DNA of 34,184 nt from a virus (taxonomy: Duplodnaviria; Caudoviricetes). A model generated the notes under the pieces. That model ran no database searches, had not been told where the DNA came from, and was given only the letters and a program-made list of their open reading frames with translations. The position numbers and the translations under genes are program-made. How positions within the stretch are numbered: position 1 is the first letter of the stretch; each line of letters opens with the position of its first letter. Shown piece by piece: positions 1 to 7,836 of the stretch. The stretch is from positions 1-34,184 of the IMG/VR virus record IMGVR_UViG_3300032254_000254, one strand, 5' to 3'.

Positions 1-1041
1 TCAGTCTTTTTTCGGGTTGATCAAAGCAATTCCCGAACCCGCCAAAAGTCCTTTATCTGCTTCGGCCGTGTATATTGCAGCGGTGCGAACGCTATCCCCC
101 AGGATCGCCGCGATTTCTTCCTCGGTCGCTCTTGCTTCCGCGAGCCTCCGTGCGATCGCCTTCCTTAGCCCATGACTGGACCTGTCCTTCAATCCTGCGT
201 CGCGACACCATTTGCGCATTTTATTGCCGAACCCGTCGTTCGTGAACGGCTGCCCGTATCCCGTCAGCAAAAATTGCATTTGTCCGGCCGGAACGTGATC
301 CAGTTCTTTTGCGAGTGCCGTATGGATCGGCACCGACACGGTGCGGCCGTTTTTGATTGCAGTGAAAGTCAAACGGCCGTTCTTCATATTCTGACGGCCG
401 AGCTTGAGCATGTCGCCGCGCCTAGCGCCCGTATATAGCATGAGGGCGAAGGCAAGCCGTGCTTGTGATCCTGACGGGTGTTTTTCCTCGAACAGTTTGA
501 TATCGGCCTCGGTCCATGTCGGGAAACCGCCGCGTTTTACCCGAACCGGTTTGACGCCGTTTGTCGGGTTCGCCGTGCGCCACTCGAGCCGGATCGCGAT
601 CTCAAATAGCATTCGCAGCCGCTTCAACAGCTTGTTCGCCTGTGTCGGCGTGGAAGCCCGGTTCGTTAATATTTTTTCGATATGCTCGTGTTTGAAATCC
701 GCGACGGCGGTGTTACCATATTTTTTGCGAAAAGCCTCGATAACGCACCTATAATCCCGCTGCGTATTATCCCGTAAGCCGGTGAAGGCATGGGACTGAT
801 AATAGTATTCGATCAGGGCGTTCATGGTGCCGGACTGCGCAACAGTGTGCTCGGGTCCGGTGTATTCAGTAGGGCGCTGCCCTTTGCGGCAAAGTGCGTA
901 TTCTAGTTCGAATTCTGTGCTGCCGACGGCGTGCTGAAAATTGTACGCAAAGTTACCCCGACGAAAACGCAGCCGCCACTTGCCCGGCCCTGCCGGTTCT
1001 TCATAAACATATTTAGGCAGTCCGCGACGTATTTTCGGCAT
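1..1041 (-). CDS. int: Tyrosine recombinase / phage integrase
   Basis: 346 aa; YTGARRGD (Arg I), SSHGLRK (HxxR), C-terminal AAIY (Tyr324); core-binding region TQRDYR...ANKLLKRLRMLFEIA...NPT. Confidence 0.95.
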   Translation of the reverse strand: MPKIRRGLPKYVYEEPAGPGKWRLRFRRGNFAYNFQHAVGSTEFELEYALCRKGQRPTEYTGPEHTVAQSGTMNALIEYYYQSHAFTGLRDNTQRDYRCVIEAFRKKYGNTAVADFKHEHIEKILTNRASTPTQANKLLKRLRMLFEIAIRLEWRTANPTNGVKPVRVKRGGFPTWTEADIKLFEEKHPSGSQARLAFALMLYTGARRGDMLKLGRQNMKNGRLTFTAIKNGRTVSVPIHTALAKELDHVPAGQMQFLLTGYGQPFTNDGFGNKMRKWCRDAGLKDRSSHGLRKAIARRLAEARATEEEIAAILGDSVRTAAIYTAEADKGLLAGSGIALINPKKD

Positions 1042-1234
1042 CGACCAACGCGTCCAGGCTATCGACCCCCTCGGGTCTTTGGTTAATCACAGTGACTTTT
1101 TCGGCTTTACCATAAATTAGGCGAATTGTCCCGTCCCTCAAGATTTCGGTTCCGGTCACAGTCAGCCCGTTCGCTTGGGCAACAGCGATCGCCGTGTCCA
1201 AGTCCCGCTTTCTAAATGTAACCGCAGCGCCCAT
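1013..1234 (-). CDS. Small int-adjacent protein, putative excisionase
   Basis: 73 aa, TFRKRDLDTAIAVAQANGLTVTGTEILRDGTIRLIYG; overlaps the int start; resembles small genes preceding integrases in alphaproteobacterial prophages. Excisionase role is positional inference. Confidence 0.6.
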   Translation of the reverse strand: MGAAVTFRKRDLDTAIAVAQANGLTVTGTEILRDGTIRLIYGKAEKVTVINQRPEGVDSLDALVDAENTSRTA

Positions 1235-1235
1235 A

Positions 1236-1793
1236 CTAACCGGCCTCTCGGATTTCGAGTTCAGCGTTCAGATCACATAGAAAATCTCTTGCTGCGATCG
1301 ACGGGGTTAAGCCTTCGGCCCGTAATTGGCTGACTTGTGCAAACACATGTGGCTTGTCGTCCCAATCTGTCAGGTCGCGGATTTCAACGGCCAATATCAT
1401 GCGATCGGCAGCCTTCACCGACGAGTGCATTTCATATGCAACACCCCACTTATCACAGATCGCTTTCCAGATTTTATCCTCGATCTCGGCAACCTGGGGC
1501 ATTTTCCGCTTAATAGGTGTCGGTACGTCACCGAACCCGGACAATGCTTCCGGCGCATCGTGCAAGAGGGCTTGGAGGCGGTGTTCCGGTGCTACGGCGA
1601 ACGCGACGAGCTTCGAATGCTCCGCGACGCTGTAAAAGCGTTTACAGGCACCGTTCCAACGGCGTGTTTGCCCGAGAATGTGCGCGAGGTCGACGGCGTC
1701 AATCTCGTCCGGGTTCGGGTCGAACGGGAAGAAATGCGCCGATGACGGCATTCTGATCGAGGGACCGCGATCACTGTTCATTAATCCTGTCAT
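1236..1793 (-). CDS. HD-domain phosphohydrolase (YfbR/YfdR-like 5'-deoxynucleotidase)
   Basis: DLAHILGQTRRWNG, FYSVAEHS, ALLHDAPEA, GDVPTPIK, VKAADRMIL motifs. Confidence 0.88.
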   Translation of the reverse strand: MTGLMNSDRGPSIRMPSSAHFFPFDPNPDEIDAVDLAHILGQTRRWNGACKRFYSVAEHSKLVAFAVAPEHRLQALLHDAPEALSGFGDVPTPIKRKMPQVAEIEDKIWKAICDKWGVAYEMHSSVKAADRMILAVEIRDLTDWDDKPHVFAQVSQLRAEGLTPSIAARDFLCDLNAELEIREAG

Positions 1794-2185
1794 GTCACTT
1801 TCTCCGCTTCGGCTTTAAATTCCGGGTGCTGGCCTGCTATATGACGTTGCAAATTCTGGAAAGTGCGATTACAGCATGGACAAACCCCGGCCTTAATGCG
1901 GTTGCGCAGCCGGGTCGCCTGCCCTTTGTAGGCACTCGCTGACCGCTCCGCGCCTTCGCGCCAATTGCGTTGGCGCTCGATCTCGTCGTCTTTCTGCGCG
2001 ACCCGCTGTTTTAGGCGGTCCCGCTCACGCCGAAGCTTGTCAGTTTCGCTTTCCCCGAAATGTAACTTGTGACCGTTGGGGCAGTAGAAGGTTTTGCCGT
2101 CCTGCCGTCTTTTGCTGAAATAGTGCGCCGGAGCCGAAAACTCGATCCCGCAGGAACAGCAAACTTGGTGCTCGCGATTGTTCAC
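1790..2185 (-). CDS. Zinc-finger / coiled-coil hypothetical protein
   Basis: Start reassigned to GTG 2185 (GTGA overlap with helicase stop, GGAGG upstream); CCSC...CPNGH, a central coiled coil, then CPCCNRTFQNLQRHIAGQH. Confidence 0.75.
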   Translation of the reverse strand: MNNREHQVCCSCGIEFSAPAHYFSKRRQDGKTFYCPNGHKLHFGESETDKLRRERDRLKQRVAQKDDEIERQRNWREGAERSASAYKGQATRLRNRIKAGVCPCCNRTFQNLQRHIAGQHPEFKAEAEKVT

Positions 2186-3567
2186 GATCTTGCCTCCATA
2201 TCTGACTTGACCGCCCGTAAAAGTGCGGCCTGGGTAATGTCTTTCCGAGCAAGTGCGTCGAGAACCGTTTCGTCGATCGTGTTGCGCATTGCCAGGTGGT
2301 GGATAAAAACGGGTTTGGTTTGCCCTTGCCGGTGAAGTCGGGCGTTGAATTGCTGATAAAGCTCGAGGGACCACGTCAGGCCATACCAAACCGCAATATT
2401 GCCGCCCCTTTGTAGGTTCAGGCCGTGGCCCGCGCTCGCAGGGTGTGCGAGAAGGATTTCGATCTCGCCCGCATTCCAGCGGTCAATCGCGTCCGGCTCG
2501 TCGACGCAGATAGCGCGTTTAAACGCCTTGCGAATGCGCTCCCGCTCTGAGCGATAGGTGTAAGCGACGAGAACCGGTTGTCCGGCCGCTTCGTCGATGA
2601 TCTCGGCGAGTGCGTCCATCTTCTCGTTGTGGACGATCGCGCTTTCACCGTCTTCGCCCGTGTAAACAGCACCGTTGCAAAATTGGAGAAGCTTATTCGA
2701 CAGGGCGGCCGCGCTGAATGCTTCGACGTCAGCGTCTTCGAGTTCAAGCAGGAATTCCCGCTCTAACTCGCGGTACTGGCTGCGTGCGCCGGGCGGCAGA
2801 TCGAGCCAAAGGGTGTTATCAATGCGTCGCGGCAACTTGAGGTAATCTTCTGCGTCGAGGCGGAGAACTATATCCTTGAGTTTGGCGTCGATCTTCTCTT
2901 TCGCGCCGTCGCGTAGCGTCCAGTTGTAGCCCATATAATCGGCCTCGAAATATTTCTGTTTATAAGCCGTCATGGTGCGCCCGAGCCGTTCGCCCTGATC
3001 GAGCAAATAAATCTGTGACCATAAATCGAGATAGCCGTTCGGGGCCGGGGTGCCTGTGAGTTCGACAAGGCGGTCGATATACTTACGAACCCGTTTGAGC
3101 GACTTGAACCGCTGCGCTTTTGGTGATTTGAAACTCGAACTTTCATCGATAATCACCGTGTCGTAAGGCCAATTATCTTTCCAAAAGTCGACAAGCCACG
3201 GGATCAATTCGCGGTTGATAATGTGGATATCTTCCCCGGAAAACGCTTGCCGTTTTCGGGCGTGAGGTGTTCCGAATAGCCCAACATGGCGCAAATCGCG
3301 TGTGTGTTCCCAAAGGGCGATTTCGTCGGGCCATGTCTTCTTTGCGACCCGAAGCGGGGCAACGATCAACGTTTTGCCGATTGTGAAGCCACGTAGCATG
3401 TCGACAAGGGCCGTCAGCGTCGACACGGTCTTGCCGAGCCCCATATCAACCCATAGGGCGCAGTAGGGCACGTCCTGGATAAACCGGGCGGCGCGGTCCT
3501 GATAGCCGTGCAAGCATTCACGCGAAAAGGCGTTTACCGGCTTCGATATCATCGATGACATGGACAT
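2182..3567 (-). CDS. SNF2-family phage helicase
   Basis: LHGYQ, DMGLGKT (Walker A), IIDESS, LTGTP, SAGHGLNLQ, QFNARLHRQGQ. Exact start uncertain (ATG at 3567, 3561 or 3552). Confidence 0.93.
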   Translation of the reverse strand: MSMSSMISKPVNAFSRECLHGYQDRAARFIQDVPYCALWVDMGLGKTVSTLTALVDMLRGFTIGKTLIVAPLRVAKKTWPDEIALWEHTRDLRHVGLFGTPHARKRQAFSGEDIHIINRELIPWLVDFWKDNWPYDTVIIDESSSFKSPKAQRFKSLKRVRKYIDRLVELTGTPAPNGYLDLWSQIYLLDQGERLGRTMTAYKQKYFEADYMGYNWTLRDGAKEKIDAKLKDIVLRLDAEDYLKLPRRIDNTLWLDLPPGARSQYRELEREFLLELEDADVEAFSAAALSNKLLQFCNGAVYTGEDGESAIVHNEKMDALAEIIDEAAGQPVLVAYTYRSERERIRKAFKRAICVDEPDAIDRWNAGEIEILLAHPASAGHGLNLQRGGNIAVWYGLTWSLELYQQFNARLHRQGQTKPVFIHHLAMRNTIDETVLDALARKDITQAALLRAVKSDMEARS

Positions 3568-3787
3568 TAAATCCCTGATCCTCTAGCTTTCTATGGGTTG
3601 CGAGTTGCAGTTTCGTCGGGCGTTTGCCCGGCGCTTTGAATTCGATAATGATTACTTTTTTGGCCTTAAAATAGAGCCGATCCGGCACGCCCCGGTTATT
3701 GGGTGACGACCATTTGTATGATCGCCAGCCGTTAGCGGTTGCGTGATCTGTGACCTTCCTCTCGATGTAGCTTTCCCTATGCAGCAC
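3518..3787 (-). CDS. VRR-NUC domain nuclease
   Basis: RESYIERKV...RGVPDRL...IEFKAPGKRPTKLQ (PD-(D/E)XK); start reassigned to GTG 3787. Confidence 0.88.
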   Translation of the reverse strand: MLHRESYIERKVTDHATANGWRSYKWSSPNNRGVPDRLYFKAKKVIIIEFKAPGKRPTKLQLATHRKLEDQGFNVHVIDDIEAGKRLFA

Positions 3788-4034
3788 GGCGGGCCTGAAC
3801 TTTCTCTCCCAACTCGCGCCAAGTGATTTCTTTCGCGCCGTGTTGGACTGCTTGTTTTCGTTTCGATAGTGCGATATCGAAGTGTTCTCGCGGTGTGCCG
3901 GGGTATTGTATCCATTTGCGGGCCACCCCGATTTCGTCCGCCATTGCGAGCAATTCTTCGGTCGTATCTGCAATCATGTGGCACATAATCATGCGACCGA
4001 ATTTCGCTTTCATATCGTCGACGTAAACAGCCAT
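3777..4034 (-). CDS. DUF4031-family protein
   Basis: MAVYVDD...CHMIADTTEELLAMADEIGVARKWIQ...HFDI...KRKQAV pattern. Confidence 0.85.
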   Translation of the reverse strand: MAVYVDDMKAKFGRMIMCHMIADTTEELLAMADEIGVARKWIQYPGTPREHFDIALSKRKQAVQHGAKEITWRELGEKVQARRAA

Positions 4035-4039
4035 GACGG

Positions 4040-6127
4040 TTAATCCTTCTGATATCGGTTAGCGACAAAACCGGCAGCGGCGAGCGGGAAACCGTCCGCC
4101 CATTTCGGGCTTTGCCGTAGGAGGTTGCTTAGTGCGGTGTCGTTGAATTTGTCTTCGTCAGGGGCTTGGGTAACGACTTCGTCGTGGACCGTCAGCACGA
4201 TCTCAAAACCCGCCTTGTCAATCGTCGGCATATTGTGGCCCATAACGTCGCGAGAAACGCTCTGACAGGCGTTTTCGACGATCTTGCCCCCGTAAGTGCC
4301 TTGACGGGTCCATTGCTTCGTAAGGCTGTCTATACCCATGTACGAGAGCGATCCGTCGTCGCTGACCTGCGGGTCGAAGTAGCAAAGGAAATTGCCACTT
4401 GGCAGGCGCACAAGCAAATAGCGAAAACCTTTGACCTTCACGCATTTGAATTTCAGGCGGCCGTCGTTCACGTTGAACGGCGTACGGGGCTTGGTGATCG
4501 CTGCAAGTGCTGCGTCTTTGCACATGCACCAAAGGTTCTTGATTGCCGGGTGCCGTTCGCGCCAAGCGAGTTTTACCGTCTCGCTTGCTATCCATTCAAT
4601 ATAATCGAGCCCCGCCGTATGTCCCCAACGGTCGAAATTCTCGATCGCCTGATCGACGAATTTACGGTCAAGGGACCGCTGGATTTCTTGCCAGTGGTCC
4701 GTCATGCGGACGCCGTACACCTTCGAGAAGGTCTGAAACGCACCGACGCCGCCCTCGTAGCCGAGTGCAAGTTCAGGCACCTTGCCCATGATGTTACGCT
4801 CGGTTTTGCTGATCGCGTCGGGCTTCTTACCGAGAAGGCTTCCGGCCGTCACGTTGTAAAGGTCGGGGCCTTCGCCCTGGTCGTAAGCACGGAAGGCGGC
4901 AAGTTTCCAGTTTTCGCGCGCAAGCCATGCGTTCGCCCGACCTTCGATGTTGGATAGGTCGGAAACTACAAGACGGCGACCCGGAGGCGCTATCACGACC
5001 CCGCGAAGCGCTGCGGAGCCATATGTCATAAGATCGTCGAACAAGAGGTCGTGACAGCCTGCTTTCAAGGCGTCGATATATTGTTCAATCGAGCGTTGCG
5101 ACGGGAGGCCCCGCGATGGAAGGTTTTGCGGCTGGAACACTCGTCCGGCCCAACGGCGGGTACGGGCCGCGCCGTCAAATTGAAGCCCGCCGCGAAAATT
5201 GCCGTCGCTCGAAATAGCCGGTTTAAGAGTTGCATACTTGGCGGTGCTCGACTTGTTGGCGCTGATACTGATCTGCATGAGTTCGCGGCAAGCGGGATCG
5301 AGGCTATCGTCTTCGAGTAAAGCTTCGAAAGTTTTGGCGCGGGTGTTGGTTAGCTTGAGGCCGAACGTCTTGTTCAGGAACTTGCGGAACTGTTCGCGCT
5401 GCGTCGGCTTTTCGACCTTGCCTTCGGTCAATTCGATGAACCGGGCGGCGAGGATGGCTTTCTCGGTCACGGCGGCTTTCGCTCCGGCGGTAACGAGTTC
5501 CAAGTCGACACAGAAGCCCCGGTCGTTGATTTTCTGATCAAGATGGTAGAGATCGAGTTCCGCGCCCCGATAATTGAAATCGGGCAAGCGTTTGTCAACT
5601 TCACGCATCGCCTCGATATCGAGCCGAGCGTATTCCTTGAACCGCTCCCACTCTTCGGGGTGCGTGTGCCGGTCGTAGCGATCTGCCTTGTGATTGGAGG
5701 GCGCGGGCTTACAAAACCGGTTGATCAGTTTTTTGCCTTCGCCGAGTTTGACTTTATCCTGCGGCAGCCGAAGAATTCTACAAAGGGTGTCGAGTTTTCC
5801 GGGGAAGCCGTGCGCGAGAGCTTTAACCATTGTGCAACGCCATACGCGAGGATTACAGTCGACGATATTGGGCATAGAATAGCCAAAGACCGCCCGATCA
5901 AATGCGGCGTGGTGCGCAGTCATCATTCGGCCGTCGAAACCGTCCGTCGTGCGCAGGGTTTCGCCTAAGTCCCAAGGGATCGGCTCGCCCGAAGTACGAT
6001 CCCATACTTTCGCCGGACCGTCGTCAATCGCATACGACACAAGCATGATCTCGGCATTTTCGGCGTAGGCGTGCGTGCCGACTGAAATGTCGATCTCTGA
6101 AAAGGTTTCTGTGTCGATGTAGAGCAT
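4040..6127 (-). CDS. Phage family A DNA polymerase with 3'-5' exonuclease (APSE/SPO2-like)
   Basis: Exo motifs IDTET, HHAAFDR, YARLDIE; motif A SDLSNIEGR; motif B GKVPELALGYEGG; ENACQ; motif C TVHDE. Confidence 0.95.
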   Translation of the reverse strand: MLYIDTETFSEIDISVGTHAYAENAEIMLVSYAIDDGPAKVWDRTSGEPIPWDLGETLRTTDGFDGRMMTAHHAAFDRAVFGYSMPNIVDCNPRVWRCTMVKALAHGFPGKLDTLCRILRLPQDKVKLGEGKKLINRFCKPAPSNHKADRYDRHTHPEEWERFKEYARLDIEAMREVDKRLPDFNYRGAELDLYHLDQKINDRGFCVDLELVTAGAKAAVTEKAILAARFIELTEGKVEKPTQREQFRKFLNKTFGLKLTNTRAKTFEALLEDDSLDPACRELMQISISANKSSTAKYATLKPAISSDGNFRGGLQFDGAARTRRWAGRVFQPQNLPSRGLPSQRSIEQYIDALKAGCHDLLFDDLMTYGSAALRGVVIAPPGRRLVVSDLSNIEGRANAWLARENWKLAAFRAYDQGEGPDLYNVTAGSLLGKKPDAISKTERNIMGKVPELALGYEGGVGAFQTFSKVYGVRMTDHWQEIQRSLDRKFVDQAIENFDRWGHTAGLDYIEWIASETVKLAWRERHPAIKNLWCMCKDAALAAITKPRTPFNVNDGRLKFKCVKVKGFRYLLVRLPSGNFLCYFDPQVSDDGSLSYMGIDSLTKQWTRQGTYGGKIVENACQSVSRDVMGHNMPTIDKAGFEIVLTVHDEVVTQAPDEDKFNDTALSNLLRQSPKWADGFPLAAAGFVANRYQKD

Positions 6128-6131
6128 AAAA

Positions 6132-6806
6132 CTAGGCGGCCTTTTGACTTAGAAGTTGAACAGCCGCACCGCCCCATTGCTGCGCTATTGCGGCAGCCAT
6201 ACCGGGGAAGAACCTAGAACGACGGACGGCTCGATCTGGTCCGGGTGTTGCTAGGTGGATTTCTGCCCTCGCACTGAAACCGTCGAGCGATCCGGTAGGG
6301 ATTAAGTTCGGCAGATTACGCAACCAGAAACATGTCCGTTTCTTCACATTGTCCGGTCCGCTCGGGTCGTCAGCGAATTGCCAAGGTTGAACCGACTGCG
6401 CGGCGGGCTTGAAATTCTTGATCAAAGCCTTAGCGTGTTTGTGCATCACCGGATTTTCAACAGCGATGCACGGTACGTCGGCGTTCCACATGTCAGAGAA
6501 GAAAGCCGCACCTTCTGTTAATTCTTCCCACATTTCAGGAAGTGAACGGCCTTCGGGTGGTTTAGTTAGCCAACGGACGCCGCTATTGCAAAGCCGAGTA
6601 CAAGGCGGGTGCGCGACCATGAGTAAATCCCACTTTTCCATTCTAAGCACATTGCGCACGTCGTCTTGAATGTGGCGATTGGTTTGATCGTCAGCGGGAG
6701 CAAGATCACACGACCAGGCGTCGAAACCCTGTTCAATAAAAGCATTGCGAACAATGCCGCTGCGCTCGCACGCTACGAGCACTTTCAAATCGAACGGACG
6801 GCTCAC
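6132..6806 (-). CDS. Phage DNA cytosine methyltransferase-like protein
   Basis: VLVACERSG...AWSCDL (degenerate SAM-binding start), HPPCT (PC motif), VENP, QPWQF, KKRTCFWL; start reassigned to GTG 6806 (GTGA overlap). Confidence 0.75.
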   Translation of the reverse strand: MSRPFDLKVLVACERSGIVRNAFIEQGFDAWSCDLAPADDQTNRHIQDDVRNVLRMEKWDLLMVAHPPCTRLCNSGVRWLTKPPEGRSLPEMWEELTEGAAFFSDMWNADVPCIAVENPVMHKHAKALIKNFKPAAQSVQPWQFADDPSGPDNVKKRTCFWLRNLPNLIPTGSLDGFSARAEIHLATPGPDRAVRRSRFFPGMAAAIAQQWGGAAVQLLSQKAA

Positions 6807-7339
6807 TGGATTTCTCCGATCTTCGTCCATTTGACGCCGACCTGACGCTGGTCCCATTTGTAGGGAAGTGCACCCCACGGGTAGCACTGCGTTTGCCGAA
6901 TGTCGCAAACGATTGTCCCGTCAGTGGTTTCGGCTGTCATAACCATGTGATATTGTCCCGTTTCGACCCAAGCGGTCGCAACACCGAAGGCCGCGTTAAA
7001 GCTTGAGAACAGGTTCGTTGCGCCTTCTTTCATCGCGTAAGCGAAGTCGTCGCAGTCGCCCTCAAGACCTCGGCCCCAAGTGTCGATAACGCCATCGTCT
7101 TTTACTGTGAATTTTGCGCGAGTGATCCGATGCAATTCTTGCAACATGCGGGTTGCTTCACCGGCTGGCAGGCGGCACATTTCCGGGCGCTCGTAACATA
7201 AGAAAACATATTGGCGCGGGGCAGCGATACTGGTTCCCGCAGGCATGAACGCGGCAGGATTTCCCGCGTCTACACCATATGGGTTAACGTGCCCGCAGGC
7301 GGCGAGTAAAAACAATGCTGTCGTGATCAGGTATTTCAT
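6803..7339 (-). CDS. Lipoprotein transglutaminase-like cysteine peptidase (BTLCP / LapG-like)
   Basis: Signal peptide with lipobox LAAC; APRQYVFLC...PEMC; DTW; GDCDDFA (Cys), YHMVM (His), IVCD (Asp). Confidence 0.8.
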   Translation of the reverse strand: MKYLITTALFLLAACGHVNPYGVDAGNPAAFMPAGTSIAAPRQYVFLCYERPEMCRLPAGEATRMLQELHRITRAKFTVKDDGVIDTWGRGLEGDCDDFAYAMKEGATNLFSSFNAAFGVATAWVETGQYHMVMTAETTDGTIVCDIRQTQCYPWGALPYKWDQRQVGVKWTKIGEIQ

Positions 7340-7463
7340 TTTTCAGTTTCCTTGATCTGTGTTTTCAGCAAGTGAGGGTCGAGGTCTGTGCTATCTGGAT
7401 AGCGGCCTCGCCATGTTCTTGATGACCTAAGTCCGGCCCCGCCCTCACTAACTCAAATCACTG

Positions 7464-7739
7464 TTAACCGACGCGCTGCCAGTCTTCGGCGAGCATGTCC
7501 GTCTGTGACGCGAGCCACGGCACGATTTGCCCTTCGGCGTCTTTCATGTCGATGTGTGGGCGGTATTGGACTTCGGTGCCCGCGCCCATGATTGACAACA
7601 GCGGTTCGCGGTTGACGGTGAAGTTGCTACCGCCCACGAGAAACACAAACATGCCTTTGCCGTTCCAGCCTTGACGAGCGTACCGCTTGCCCTGTTTTAG
7701 TCCGGCGATCACCTCGCCGAAGTTCAATCGTTCGTCCAT
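7464..7739 (-). CDS. DUF2829 protein, Tad2-like (candidate immune-signal sponge)
   Basis: NFGEVIAGLKQGKRYARQGWNGKGMFVFL...PHIDMK...VPWLASQTDMLAEDW, the DUF2829 signature. Confidence 0.85.
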   Translation of the reverse strand: MDERLNFGEVIAGLKQGKRYARQGWNGKGMFVFLVGGSNFTVNREPLLSIMGAGTEVQYRPHIDMKDAEGQIVPWLASQTDMLAEDWQRVG

Positions 7740-7836
7740 CGGACTTCTCTTTCGATAATTAGATTTTAAAATTCACGCCGCCCCGTGGGAGGATTGGGGC
7801 CAATTACAGGGCGGCGTGCTCCCCCTGACAGCCGGG

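Noticed and set aside
1236-6127. Z-genome (2-aminoadenine) pathway from HD hydrolase plus PolA
   Set aside because: No PurZ/adenylosuccinate synthetase-like or MazZ-like gene is present.
7372-7448. tRNA or hammerhead ribozyme
   Set aside because: No TTC T-loop, anticodon arm or CCA; TGATGA is present but the GAAA of the hammerhead core is missing. Kept only as a generic structured element.
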